NCBI GenBank assembly: GCA_024276305.1
Contig: JAJRXK010000050.1
Span: 2,623-66,622 of the forward strand
DNA: 64,000 nt
Direction: 5' to 3'
Source: Candidatus Krumholzibacteriota bacterium
Lineage (GTDB): Bacteria; Krumholzibacteriota; Krumholzibacteriia; JAJRXK01
Shown: positions 44,750-54,855 of the stretch, piece by piece
Position numbering within the stretch: position 1 is the first letter of the stretch
Layout: each line of letters begins with the position of its first letter
Notes under the pieces: model-generated
The model's database searches: none
Seen by the model: only the letters and a program-made list of their open reading frames with translations
What the model was told of the DNA's origin: nothing
Made by a program: the position numbers and the translations under genes

Positions 44750-47148
44750 GCGGCACTGACGACTCCAGGCGCAGACCTTTCCTGCGCAGGATGCGCAGGG
44801 GCCTCTTGGTCGCCCTGGTGCTCCTCGCCGGACTCGGCCTGACCGTCTTCGGGTTGGTGCGCGGGAGCCTTCCCCGGCTCGACGGCGAGCTTCGGTTGGT
44901 GGGGTTGGAAGCGGCGGTGACCGTGGAGCGAGACGACTTGGGCGTACCCCGCATCCTGGCCGGATCCCGGGTGGATGCGGCTCGCGCTCTGGGTTTTCTC
45001 CACGGCCAAGATCGATTCTTCCAGATGGATCTCCTGCGTCGCCGGGCCAGTGGCGAGTTGTCGGAGTTATTGGGGTCGGCCCTCCTTTCCACCGATCGTG
45101 AGAATCGCCGCCACGCCTTCGCGGAAGTGGCGCAGCGGGTCGTGGCCAGGTGCACGCCGCGACAGCGGTCGATCCTGGAAGCTTATGTCGGAGGGGTGAA
45201 TGCCGGCCTCGAGGCCCTGCGGGTGCGTCCCTTCGAGTACTTGTTGCTGCGCTCCAAGCCCAGACCGTGGACCGCCGAGGACTGTGTCCTCGTGGCTTGC
45301 GCGATGCATCTCGAGTTGAGTCTCGGCGGAGCGCAGACCGAATCGATGCTGGGAGTGGTCCACGACCTCCTCGCCCCAATGCTGGCCGATTTCCTCTCCC
45401 CGAGGGGAAATCCCTGGGAAGCTCCGATGCAGGGGGAGCCCTTCGCAATCGGGGCGATTCCCACCTCGGTGGAACTCCCCCCGAGCTCTTCTTCCGTGGA
45501 AGACACCGAAGAGGATGGTGTCGAAGCGGCGGATCGTGCGGGGAGCAATGCGTGGGCGGTGGGAGGGGCTCACACCTCCGACGGTCGAGGGATTCTGGCC
45601 AACGACATGCACCTGGGGTTGACCCTGCCGAACATTTGGTATCGAGCCGAGATGCATTGGCTCGAACCCGGCGGGTCGGAACGACGCGTGGTGGGAGTGA
45701 CGCTGCCCGGGGCCCCATCGGTGATCGCCGGGACCAATGGTGAGGTGGCCTGGGGCCTGACCAATAGCTACGGGGACTTCGCGGATCTGGTGGAAGTCGA
45801 GGTCGATCCTCTCGACTCCACCCGCTACCGGACGCCGGAAGGCTTCGAAGCATTCGGTCGGCGACCGGAGGTCATTCTCGTCGCGGGAGGAAGCTCCGAC
45901 ACGCTGAGCGTGCCTCTGACCCGGTGGGGACCACTCTGGGACGTCGATCATCGAGGGCGCTCGAGGGCGCTGCGGTGGACGGCCCACGATCCCAGAGCTA
46001 CGGACTTCACCCTCCTCGATCTCGAAGAAGTGCGGGACGTGGAGGAAGCGGTTGCGGTGGCCGCTCGCTGCGGGATTCCCCCGCAGAACTTCGTCTGTAC
46101 CGATCGCCGCGGCCGCGTCGCGTGGACCGTAGCCGGACTCATTCCCCGGCGGCGCGAGGGCGGCCGCCGGATTCCGTCGATCGGATCCGACGCCCGCACC
46201 GCTTGGGAGGGCTATCTCTCCGCCGACGAACACCCCCGCATCATCGATCCGCCCGAGGCACGGGTGTGGACGGCCAACGCCCGGGTGGTCGATGGCGAGA
46301 TGCTGCGCCGGCTGGGGGACGGAGGCTATGCCCTGGGAGCCCGCGCGAGGCAGATTCGGGACGATTTGAGGCGACTCTCCACCTCCACCGAGCAGGACAT
46401 GCTGGCCCTCCAGCTCGACGACCGGGCTCTGTTTCTGGACCAATGGCGGCAGGAGCTGCTGGAACTCTTTACGAGGCGGCCCCCGGACCCCGATTCGAAG
46501 CGGGGCCGTTTCGCCCGGTGGCTCGAGGAGGACTGGGACGGACATGCCTCGATCGGGTCGGTGAGTTACCGTCTCGTCCGCGGCTTTCGACTGCAGATGA
46601 TCGACGCGGTCTATGGCTATCTCGCGGCGAGATGCTACGAAGAGGAGCCGCGCTTTCGGATCGCTTGGTTGCCCCATACCAGCGCGGTGGTCCTCGAGCT
46701 CCTCCGGATGCGTCCGCAACAACTGCTCCCCCCGGACCAAGAGAGTTGGGACGCCTGGATGTTGAAGGTGGTGGACGAGGGTGTGGATCGGGCGGAGTCG
46801 ATCGCCGGTAGCCTGGAAGAGTTCCGGTGGGGAAAACTCAATACGGTTCGTTTGCGCCATCCCCTCAGCTATGCCCTCCCGCAGCTGATGCGGTGGTTGT
46901 CCTTGGATGGTCAGGAATTGCCCGGGGGATCGTTCATGCCGCGAGTGCAGCATCCTCGCCACGGGGCCAGCGAGCGGATGGTGGTCTCTCCGGGTCATGA
47001 GGAGGACGCCATCTTCCACATGCCCGGGGGGCAGAGCGGACACCCCCTCTCTCCTTTTTTTGCCGCGGGACACCGGGACTGGGTCGAAGGCCGTCCCACG
47101 CCGCTACTGGTGGGAGAGACTCGGCACCGGCTCCAACTGCAAAACTAG
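44746..47148 (+). CDS. Penicillin-acylase-family Ntn hydrolase (penicillin amidase / acyl-homoserine-lactone acylase type)
   Basis: 800 aa. N-terminal signal-anchor. Beta-subunit N-terminal nucleophile context AGSNAWAVGG. Family motifs LGFLHGQDRFFQMD and LANDMHL. ATGA overlap with the RND permease stop. Confidence 0.85.
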   Translation: MSGTDDSRRRPFLRRMRRGLLVALVLLAGLGLTVFGLVRGSLPRLDGELRLVGLEAAVTVERDDLGVPRILAGSRVDAARALGFLHGQDRFFQMDLLRRRASGELSELLGSALLSTDRENRRHAFAEVAQRVVARCTPRQRSILEAYVGGVNAGLEALRVRPFEYLLLRSKPRPWTAEDCVLVACAMHLELSLGGAQTESMLGVVHDLLAPMLADFLSPRGNPWEAPMQGEPFAIGAIPTSVELPPSSSSVEDTEEDGVEAADRAGSNAWAVGGAHTSDGRGILANDMHLGLTLPNIWYRAEMHWLEPGGSERRVVGVTLPGAPSVIAGTNGEVAWGLTNSYGDFADLVEVEVDPLDSTRYRTPEGFEAFGRRPEVILVAGGSSDTLSVPLTRWGPLWDVDHRGRSRALRWTAHDPRATDFTLLDLEEVRDVEEAVAVAARCGIPPQNFVCTDRRGRVAWTVAGLIPRRREGGRRIPSIGSDARTAWEGYLSADEHPRIIDPPEARVWTANARVVDGEMLRRLGDGGYALGARARQIRDDLRRLSTSTEQDMLALQLDDRALFLDQWRQELLELFTRRPPDPDSKRGRFARWLEEDWDGHASIGSVSYRLVRGFRLQMIDAVYGYLAARCYEEEPRFRIAWLPHTSAVVLELLRMRPQQLLPPDQESWDAWMLKVVDEGVDRAESIAGSLEEFRWGKLNTVRLRHPLSYALPQLMRWLSLDGQELPGGSFMPRVQHPRHGASERMVVSPGHEEDAIFHMPGGQSGHPLSPFFAAGHRDWVEGRPTPLLVGETRHRLQLQN

Positions 47149-48263
47149 GATCCGACACCGAAGACCTCGGCCCACCGCCCGCGCATCGCCGACCAAGTGT
47201 AGTTGCGCGCCACCCGGGCGGGATCCTCTTTTCTCCACTCCCGACGCCGGACGATGCGGTCTCGCAGAGCCGCAGCGAGGTCTTCGCGGACATAACGCCA
47301 GCTTCGGGGCCAGAGTTCGCGGTAGGCCAGGTCATCGGGGACCAAGGGGATGGCTCCGTGCAGGGCGCCCTCGAGGACCGCGAGTCCCTGGAATTCGTGG
47401 TCCGCGGTGGAGAGGACGACGTCGGCGGAGGCCAGTAGCGCGAAGTATTCCTCTCGGCTCTCGAGGGGACCGAATCGTTCCAGCCGGGGTCCGACCAATT
47501 CGCCGATCCGCTCGAATGCCGAGGGATGGTCTTGGAAACTCTGGCCGACCACCGAGATCCGCACCTCTTCGGGGGGATGCTGGGCGACTTCATGACAGGC
47601 TCGCAGGAGTGCCTCGGGTCCCTTGTCGAATTCCCACCGGTGGTTCCACACGATGTGACAGGGACCACGCCGACTTCGCGGGCTCAGCTCAGGGTCTTCG
47701 ATGGGCACGCCCAGGACTTCTGCTCGTTCGCGGAGGAGGTCGAGGACCCAATCGGGACGGGCGTCGGGCATCTTGGCGATCAATCGTTCCAAGTCCTCGC
47801 GGAAGGACTCCAGGTTGTAGCGCGAGTTGAAGAGGATCCGACCGCCGGCGACCGCAGTCACCACATTGGTCCAGGCGAAGTGGTGGTCCCGGGCGTCGAA
47901 ATGGGCCACCGGATAACGGAGTTGGTTCTCGTGGAAGTAGACGATCCAGGGCAGTCGGGACCAGGCGGCAGGGAGCATGCCGCGGAGCTCCGCCGCATTG
48001 GTCATCGAGGTCACGAAGACGCCGTTGAAGGCCTCGGCTTCGAGCGGGACCATTCGTTCGAGGAAGTGCAGCGCGCTTCCCCTCATCCGCCATTTCCACT
48101 TGCGGGCCGGTAGAGTGAGGAGCTCGAAGCTCAGTGAATCCGAGAGCTGCTCGACCAACCCCTCCACCAGACGGGCGTGACTCCCTCCGTGATAGGCCTC
48201 GAGCAGCAGCCAGCGCGGGCGGCTATCGGTCGAATTCGACACGCCAACTGCCGCGGTCGTCAT
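47145..48263 (-). CDS. DUF3524 plus GT4 glycosyltransferase (GTDC1 / tRNA-queuosine mannosyltransferase-like)
   Basis: N-terminal LLLEAYHGGSHARLVEGL...LTLPARKWKWRMRGSALHF (DUF3524 signature). C-terminal GT1/GT4 region with E-x7-E-like AVLEGALHGAIPLV. Start taken at ATG 48263, because the longer track ORF overlaps the upstream gene. Confidence 0.75.
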   Translation of the reverse strand: MTTAAVGVSNSTDSRPRWLLLEAYHGGSHARLVEGLVEQLSDSLSFELLTLPARKWKWRMRGSALHFLERMVPLEAEAFNGVFVTSMTNAAELRGMLPAAWSRLPWIVYFHENQLRYPVAHFDARDHHFAWTNVVTAVAGGRILFNSRYNLESFREDLERLIAKMPDARPDWVLDLLRERAEVLGVPIEDPELSPRSRRGPCHIVWNHRWEFDKGPEALLRACHEVAQHPPEEVRISVVGQSFQDHPSAFERIGELVGPRLERFGPLESREEYFALLASADVVLSTADHEFQGLAVLEGALHGAIPLVPDDLAYRELWPRSWRYVREDLAAALRDRIVRRREWRKEDPARVARNYTWSAMRGRWAEVFGVGS

Positions 48264-49065
48264 CGATCCTCGCGCCCAGCACATTGTCGAGCAACAGGCC
48301 GGCCGCATCCTGGGGGGCCGTGCGACGGAGTTCGGTCTCCACTTCCGCGAAGATCGAGTCGAGAGGCTCGGGGAGGGTCTTTCCTGTGAAGGGCCACAGT
48401 CCGTCCTCGTGACGGACCCGCGCACGCTCGTCCAGAACGAGCTGTACCCAGGGGTCGTCGTCCTTCGCACTCCGCAGGGCGTCGAATTGTCGGAGGAAGA
48501 CCCTTCGGCAGTCCTCCTCGAACTCCACTCCCAAGGCCTGCAGTGGACCGCGGTCGTCGGCGTCCACATCGAAATCGAGGTAGTCACTGCCGCGAATGCT
48601 CAGCCCGCCTCGGACCAGGAGGCCGGTCCAGTGGACATACTCGCCGCGCCCCATGTCGGCTTCGAGGAGGATGGAGTCGGCGGCCGCGATGTACTCGAAG
48701 GAGTCGCGGAGGTAGGCCGCGCCCGACTTGAGGCCGGCCACGAACTTCCGCAGTCCGCGGTGAGAAGGTGAATCCTTGTCCACGTCCGATTGGATTCGAG
48801 AACGAAGCGGCGCGCCGATTTCGTGGAGGCGACGGCGGACCTTCACGTAGAGTCGGGCTCGTTCTGGATCGTAAGCCCCCTGGGCCGGGGGGACGAAGTC
48901 GGCCACTTGTCCGAAACGGTCGGTCAATTCCGTTTCGTAACGGTCGAGGCGGTCGAGATCCGGCGCATTGGACTTGAACCACCGGACCGCAAAGAAGGAT
49001 GTGCCCACCAGCAGCAGAATGCCGATGCCAGTGAGCACACCACAACCAATGAAAAACTTCTTCAT
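48223..49065 (-). CDS. Membrane-anchored hypothetical protein
   Basis: MKKFFIGCGVLTGIGILLLVGTSFFAV N-terminal TM. 280 aa. No recognised motif. Confidence 0.5.
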   Translation of the reverse strand: MKKFFIGCGVLTGIGILLLVGTSFFAVRWFKSNAPDLDRLDRYETELTDRFGQVADFVPPAQGAYDPERARLYVKVRRRLHEIGAPLRSRIQSDVDKDSPSHRGLRKFVAGLKSGAAYLRDSFEYIAAADSILLEADMGRGEYVHWTGLLVRGGLSIRGSDYLDFDVDADDRGPLQALGVEFEEDCRRVFLRQFDALRSAKDDDPWVQLVLDERARVRHEDGLWPFTGKTLPEPLDSIFAEVETELRRTAPQDAAGLLLDNVLGARIDDDRGSWRVEFDR

Positions 49066-49103
49066 CTGCTCGGCTCCCTCGGGCAGTGAATGATTGGATG
49101 AAT

Positions 49104-50093
49104 TCAGCCGGGAAGGAGGTCCTTCACCATGTCACGTTCGCCGATGAGCTCGTTGACCGTGATCTCGAAGCGCTCCTTGCCCCACTCGTTGAAGCTGAGA
49201 TCTTGGACGATCTCCCAGCTCCCGTCACCGGGGCAGCGCACGGGGAAGGACGAGACCAGCCCTTCGGGTACGCCGTAACTTCCGTCGCTGACCACCGCCA
49301 TGCTCGTCCATTCTCCTTCGGGAGTGCCCTGGAAGAGGAGGCGGGAGTGTGCGATCGCAGCGTTGGCGGCGGACATCGCAGAACTCAGTCCCCGGGCCTC
49401 GATGATGGCCTTGCCTCGCTCTTGCACCGTCTTGATGAAGGGGTCGCGCAGCCAGGCCTCGTCTGCGATGACTTCGGTGGCGGGCTTGCCGTCGATGGTC
49501 GCGTAGTGGAAATCGGGGTACTGGGTATTCGAATGGTTGCCCCAGATGGTGACGTTGCGTACTTCGGAGCTATGACGTCCGGCCTTCTCGGCCAGTTGAG
49601 CCAGGGCCCGGTTGTGATCGAGGCGGGTCATGGCGCTGAAGTTCTTGGGATCGAGGTTCGGGGCGTTGTTCAGGGCGATCAGGCAATTGGTGTTGCAGGG
49701 ATTCCCCACCACCACCACCCGGCACTGGGGATGGGCCACTTCGGAGAGTGCATTGCCCTGGCCGGTGAAGATGGGACCGTTCTCACGGATGAGATCTCCC
49801 CTCTCCATGCCCTTCCCTCGAGGTTTGCTTCCCACGAGCAGAGCCAGATCCGCGCCGGCGAAGGCGGTCCGGGGATCATCGCTGATCACGATGTCCTCGA
49901 GCAGGTCGAAGGCGCAGTCCATCAATTCCATGGCCACCCCGCCCAGGGCTCCCAGGGCCGGTGGAATCTCCAAACATTGCAGAATGACGGGCGTCTCGGG
50001 GCCGAATACGGCTCCGGCGGCGAGTCGAGGCAGTAGGCTGTAACCGATCTGACCGGCGGCGCCGGTGATAGCGATTCGTTTCACATCCGCCAT
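49104..50093 (-). CDS. mdh: Malate dehydrogenase (NAD-dependent, LDH-like clade 2)
   Basis: ATG at 50093 preceded by AGGAGGAAG. Rossmann motif [15 protein letters not shown] motifs MTRLDHNRA and WGNHS. Confidence 0.9.
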   Translation of the reverse strand: MADVKRIAITGAAGQIGYSLLPRLAAGAVFGPETPVILQCLEIPPALGALGGVAMELMDCAFDLLEDIVISDDPRTAFAGADLALLVGSKPRGKGMERGDLIRENGPIFTGQGNALSEVAHPQCRVVVVGNPCNTNCLIALNNAPNLDPKNFSAMTRLDHNRALAQLAEKAGRHSSEVRNVTIWGNHSNTQYPDFHYATIDGKPATEVIADEAWLRDPFIKTVQERGKAIIEARGLSSAMSAANAAIAHSRLLFQGTPEGEWTSMAVVSDGSYGVPEGLVSSFPVRCPGDGSWEIVQDLSFNEWGKERFEITVNELIGERDMVKDLLPG

Positions 50094-50205
50094 GATCTTC
50101 CTCCTCACATTCTCTGAATCGTCAGACGGGGACGCGGCTCGCCCGGAAAATCCGAGTTCGGGACGCGATTTCGAGACACCAACTTCGCAGAGGCTTCGGT
50201 CGGGG

Positions 50206-50772
50206 TCAAGTCTGGCCCGCGGCGGGTCCGGGGGGAGTCGGGAGCGGCGTGACCCGGGCGGAAAGGGCGGGTCCCACGGTGCTCTCGAGGAGCTCTTTCA
50301 CCCTCGCGCGGGCTTCATCGGCTGAGGGGGCCCGAGAGGTCTCTCGACGGAGACGCTCCACGAGGGCATCGAGGTCGAGGCGGGCGCGAGCGCTGGCGAC
50401 GGCGAGGAAGTTCCGGCCTTCGATGGGTTCGGGCCAGGACCAGCTCACTCCGTGGGCGGGGTCGGGAAGGAGAAGAGTCTGCTGGGAGTTCAGACGGCGG
50501 AGACCCGCACGAGGGTAGAGGAGCTCGGGCCACCCATCCTCGTCGAGATGGAAGAGAAGAGGATAGCCGTCGCCGCGCAGCCGAAGTTCCGCGATCCAAC
50601 TTCCCCCAGGGCGGGCAGCCTCCGAACTCGGGTAGGGGAGGAGGCGGAACTCCTCCACCTCGACGGAGGGGGAGCGCTGACTGAGGGCGACCGCCACCAG
50701 AGCTGCGATCAGCGCGAGGCTCAGCCAGCGGCGGCGCGCCCGGCGCGGAGGGGAGTGGGGAATCTCATTCAT
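50206..50772 (-). CDS. Membrane-anchored hypothetical protein
   Basis: ATG at 50772 ([30 protein letters not shown]). 188 aa. No recognised motif. Confidence 0.45.
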   Translation of the reverse strand: MNEIPHSPPRRARRRWLSLALIAALVAVALSQRSPSVEVEEFRLLPYPSSEAARPGGSWIAELRLRGDGYPLLFHLDEDGWPELLYPRAGLRRLNSQQTLLLPDPAHGVSWSWPEPIEGRNFLAVASARARLDLDALVERLRRETSRAPSADEARARVKELLESTVGPALSARVTPLPTPPGPAAGQT

Positions 50773-50981
50773 GCAGTCCAAGCTACTCCGGCCGGGTCGG
50801 CCTTGCACCTCTGATCTCGCCGAAGGGGGGATTCGCCCCGAGAGGGCATCACGGGAAAGGATCGGATCTCCTGCCACCAAGGCTCACTTTTTGCTTTGCC
50901 CGCGGCAGGATTCCCTCGATTCTGCCCCGCTCTCGTCCTTTCGAAGCGGGGCTTTGCACCGTTCGGGAGGCACAGGAAGAC

Positions 50982-51737
50982 ATGGGACGACAGGTGTGGT
51001 GGAGTGCGTTGCTCGGCATTGGGTTCGCAATGGTCGGATGTTCCCCCGCCCCCGTTCTGCGCAGCGACGCAGATCGGGCGGAGAGCACTCATTATCTGAC
51101 GGGCGTGGATTCTCCGTGGTCCGCGCGCCTCGATCGGCTGGGAGACGCGGAGTTCCTCGATGCCGAATCTTCGATGCGCCACGCCCTCGTGGGCGGTGAC
51201 GAGACCTTCTATGTGGCCACCAGTGGTTTTCGGGTGGGAGACACCTTGGCCCTGGACATGATCGTCATCAACCATCGGCAGGAGGAAGTCACGCTGCGCC
51301 GGGCGGATGTCCATCTCGTCGACGCCGCGGGACGGTGGTTGACTCCGATGCCTTCGTCCGAGTCGGCCGCAGCCCGAGGCTTGCAGGGCCGGAGCTTCGT
51401 CTCGACCACCCCCTCCACACTCTTCCAGGACTTCGGCGGAGACTTCCTCGACCAGGACTTCAGCCTGGGTACGACCGAGGGAGGCCTGAGCGGACTGGCC
51501 ACCAAGGGGACGTCGGCCACGTCTCGGCGCCACAATCGAGCCTATGCCAGCGAAGCCAATAGCCGCATCGAGACCTCGTCGGCGCAGCTGCGCCGCCCGG
51601 TGACCGCGGTGCGGGTCGGGCCCGATCAGGGCCGCGCCTTCTGGGCCTACTTCGAGGGCGCCGATCCGGAGTATCCCCTCACCGCGGTGATCATGCTCGA
51701 GGGTGGGGAGGAACTTCGTTTTCGATTCGACCGCTGA
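50982..51737 (+). CDS. Lipoprotein, function unknown
   Basis: Lipobox AMVGCS. 251 aa. No recognised motif. Confidence 0.5.
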   Translation: MGRQVWWSALLGIGFAMVGCSPAPVLRSDADRAESTHYLTGVDSPWSARLDRLGDAEFLDAESSMRHALVGGDETFYVATSGFRVGDTLALDMIVINHRQEEVTLRRADVHLVDAAGRWLTPMPSSESAAARGLQGRSFVSTTPSTLFQDFGGDFLDQDFSLGTTEGGLSGLATKGTSATSRRHNRAYASEANSRIETSSAQLRRPVTAVRVGPDQGRAFWAYFEGADPEYPLTAVIMLEGGEELRFRFDR

Positions 51738-51882
51738 ATTCCGGGAGTGACCCTCCGATTCGGGACCGGTCCTGGCAGTCGCCAAGGCCGGCTTCTTCGT
51801 GTTTCATGTGGACTCCCGGAGAGTCCTCCCGGTCTCGGGCGTTGGTCTGCGAGCGGCGTGTATCCAATCGAGAAATGGAGTC

Positions 51883-52665
51883 ATGGTGCCGAGCCTTCGA
51901 CTGTTTTCCTGGAATGTCAACGGAGCGAGGGCGGCCTATCGCAAGGGATTCGGTGCCTGGTTCGAGTCGGTCCAACCCGATGTGCTCTGCCTCCAGGAAG
52001 TGCGGGCCGAGCTCGATCAGGTGGATCCGTCCATGGCCGCTCCGGATGGCTACCATGTGGTGTGGAATGCCTGTCGAGTGAAGAAGGGCTACAGTGGAAC
52101 CGCGGTCTATTCCCGCCAGAAGCCGCAGTCGATCGAACTGGGGCTCGGAGACGAGCGATTCGATGGTGAGGGTCGGACCATCGTCGTGGACTACGGGGAC
52201 TTCGTGCTGCTCAACTCCTACTTTCCCAATGGACGCCCCGATCTGAGCCGGGTCGATTTCAAATTGGAGTTCTGTGAGCTCTTTCTCGAGCGTTGCGAGC
52301 AATTCCGAGCGGAGGGGAAGGCCGTGGTCTTCTGCGGAGATCTCAATACTGCTCACCGAGAAATCGATTTGGCCCGACCCAAGCAGAATGTCGGCAACAC
52401 CGGTTTCTTGCCCCGAGAGCGGGCGTGGATCGACCGGGTGGTCGAGGCCGGATACTTGGACAGCTTTCGTGAGTTTCATCGATAAGAAGAGGGTGCGTAT
52501 ACCTGGTGGGCCATGCGAATGCGTGCTCGGGAGCGGAATGTCGGATGGCGTCTGGACTACTTCTTCGTCGGCGAGGAGTTGCGCGATCGGCTGCGGGCCG
52601 CGAGAATCCACTCTGCGGTGTTAGGGAGCGATCACTGTCCAGTGGAGCTCGAACTGAGCGTCTAG
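51883..52665 (+). pseudogene. xth: Exodeoxyribonuclease III (ExoIII/Ape1 family) interrupted by a single in-frame TAA (52483..52485)
   Basis: ATG 51883 after AATGGAG. FSWNVNG, LCLQE, GDLNTAHREID lie upstream of the stop. YTWW...[10 protein letters not shown]...GSDHCPVELEL are encoded in the same frame after it, ending at TAG 52663..52665. Confidence 0.75.
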
Positions 52666-52704
52666 TTCTCGAATCACGATCGGTGGTCTGCCGCCGCCGG
52701 GGAG

Positions 52705-53988
52705 TTGGTCATGACAGCATTGCAGGTCTACTCCGAAGTCGGTCGTCTGCGCCGAGTCCTGGTGCACGAGCCGGGGCCGGAGATCGACCGGATGGTTCCG
52801 GACATGATGGAGGAGCTCCTCTTCGACGACATTCTCTTCGGAGAGAAGGCGCGCGAGGAGCATCGACTCTTGAGGAATGTACTCGAGCACCTCGGGGTCG
52901 AAGTGCTCGAGATGTTCGATCTCTTGGTGGAGGCGCTCTCCGTCGATGGGGCTCGGGACTGGTTGCTGGGCTCGGTCGCTTCGAGCGTGGCGAGTCCGGT
53001 GCGGTCGCGCTTGGAGGAGGCACCGCCGGAGGACCTGGCCAAGATCTTCGTGGGAGGTCTCCTGCGGCGGGACGATCTCGATCTCCTGGCCGGGACCGAC
53101 CTCTTCGAGATCCTCCCCACTCCCAACTGGTGTTTTCAACGCGATCCTCAGGTGGTCGTGGGCGACGGAGTGATCTTTTCTTCGATGGCGACCGCCACTC
53201 GGAGTCGGGAAGCCTTGCTCACCCGCACGATCTTCCGCTTTCACCCCGACTACTCCGAAGCTCCGGTGATTCTCGATCCTCTGGCCGCCGATGGCGACCA
53301 TCCCGCGTTCTGGGGCATGCACCGGCCCCGTTTCGAGGGTGGAGACATCATGATGCTCTCCGAAAGCTTGATCGCGGTGGGTTATTCCGAGCGGACGAGC
53401 CGTTCCGGAATTCGACAGCTCGTGTCGGCCTTGCGCCGGCGAGAGCAGGGGCCTCGTCACCTGCTGGTGGCGGCCCTGCCGCACAAGCGGGCTTACATGC
53501 ATCTCGACACGGTGATGACGCAGATCGACCGCGGGCGTTGTCTGGTCTTCCCCCAGGTGATTCTGCCGGGATACGACGACACCGCGAGCGTCTACGAATT
53601 CGATCTCCACGCGGACGAGCCGAGACCGGTGGCCAAGGGAGACCTATTGACCGCTCTGAGGGCGCGGGGATTGGATCTCGAGGCGATCGCCTGCGGTGGA
53701 GGCGATGTGATCGCTCAGCAGCGTGAGCAATGGACCGACGGAGCCAACGCGTTGGCGGTCGCCCCCGGGGTGCTGCTCCTCTACGATCGCAACGTCCACA
53801 CCGCCGATGCGCTCAGCGCGCAGGGATTCGAGGTGGTCCAAGCGGAAGCGCTCCTGGACGGGATGGTCCCGGTCGATCTCGACGCGCCCCGTCCGACCTG
53901 CATCCTCTTGCCGAGCACGGAATTGAGTCGGGCGAGGGGAGGGCCACACTGTCTCACCCATGCTCTGCGCCGCGATCGGCTGGGTTGA
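52705..53988 (+). CDS. arcA: Arginine deiminase
   Basis: 427 aa. N-terminal YSEVGRLRRVLVHEPGPE. HLDTVMTQID. C-terminal catalytic Cys context RGGPHCLTHAL. Confidence 0.8.
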   Translation: MVMTALQVYSEVGRLRRVLVHEPGPEIDRMVPDMMEELLFDDILFGEKAREEHRLLRNVLEHLGVEVLEMFDLLVEALSVDGARDWLLGSVASSVASPVRSRLEEAPPEDLAKIFVGGLLRRDDLDLLAGTDLFEILPTPNWCFQRDPQVVVGDGVIFSSMATATRSREALLTRTIFRFHPDYSEAPVILDPLAADGDHPAFWGMHRPRFEGGDIMMLSESLIAVGYSERTSRSGIRQLVSALRRREQGPRHLLVAALPHKRAYMHLDTVMTQIDRGRCLVFPQVILPGYDDTASVYEFDLHADEPRPVAKGDLLTALRARGLDLEAIACGGGDVIAQQREQWTDGANALAVAPGVLLLYDRNVHTADALSAQGFEVVQAEALLDGMVPVDLDAPRPTCILLPSTELSRARGGPHCLTHALRRDRLG

Positions 53989-54113
53989 GCGCGTCGAAGG
54001 ACTCCTCGGTGCAGGGTTACGAAGTTGAGCCATCTCCTACTCTGGCCTATACTGCCGCCCTCCCTCTGCCGCCTCGCGAGGGTCGGGGCCCGTCCTTCCT
54101 CTTCGGACACTGG

Positions 54114-54842
54114 ATGAACATGATCCCTTTCTCTCGCCTGACCTGGACTTCGAGCCTTCTGCTCTTGTGCCTCGCGGTGGGAGCGGAGGCTGCGAGCCTG
54201 GACCTCTCCGGGCCGAGTGGAGCGACCGTCTTCGTGGACGGCGAGGAGGTGGGGACACTCCCTCTGGCCGAAGCGCTGCCGCTGACCAAGGGGACCCACG
54301 GGTTGGAAGTGCGGTTGGCGGGTTTCCAGAACCACTACGAGCAGCTGCGAGTTCTCAAGGAGGATTCCGAGCTGGTGCTGAATCTAAGCCTCTTGCCTCT
54401 GCAGCGATGGCGGGCCGTGGGGTACAGCGCCGTCCTCGGGGGACTTGGCCAGTTGTACGAAGGTCGGTCCCGCCGGGGATGGATCATGATGGGACTGCAG
54501 CTCGGCACGGCGATCGTGGCCTCCTACGGAGAAGCTCGTTTTCAGAATCGCCGGGACGAATACGAAATCCTCGACCGCAAGTATGCGGATGCGGTGGCCC
54601 CGAATGAGATCGCGAGTCTGCGTGCGGATCGGGATGCGGTCTATCAGGACATGGATTCGGCGGAGACCCTGCGCAATGCCGCGCTGGCCGGAGTCGTCGC
54701 CATCGGGTTGTGGAGTGTCGTGGATGCGTGGATGGGTTTCGGAGATGTCTATGTCGCAGCGGGTGACGAAGTTCAGCCCTTGAGTTCGACCTCGTCTTCC
54801 TCTCTCGGCGGAGTTCGACTTGGCTGGCGTCTGCAATTCTGA
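54114..54842 (+). CDS. PEGA-domain envelope protein with C-terminal membrane segments
   Basis: Signal peptide. PEGA-like GATVFVDGEEVGTLPL...KGTHGLEVRLAGFQ. Two hydrophobic segments follow. Confidence 0.6.
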   Translation: MNMIPFSRLTWTSSLLLLCLAVGAEAASLDLSGPSGATVFVDGEEVGTLPLAEALPLTKGTHGLEVRLAGFQNHYEQLRVLKEDSELVLNLSLLPLQRWRAVGYSAVLGGLGQLYEGRSRRGWIMMGLQLGTAIVASYGEARFQNRRDEYEILDRKYADAVAPNEIASLRADRDAVYQDMDSAETLRNAALAGVVAIGLWSVVDAWMGFGDVYVAAGDEVQPLSSTSSSSLGGVRLGWRLQF

Positions 54843-54855
54843 AAGAGGTCCACGG

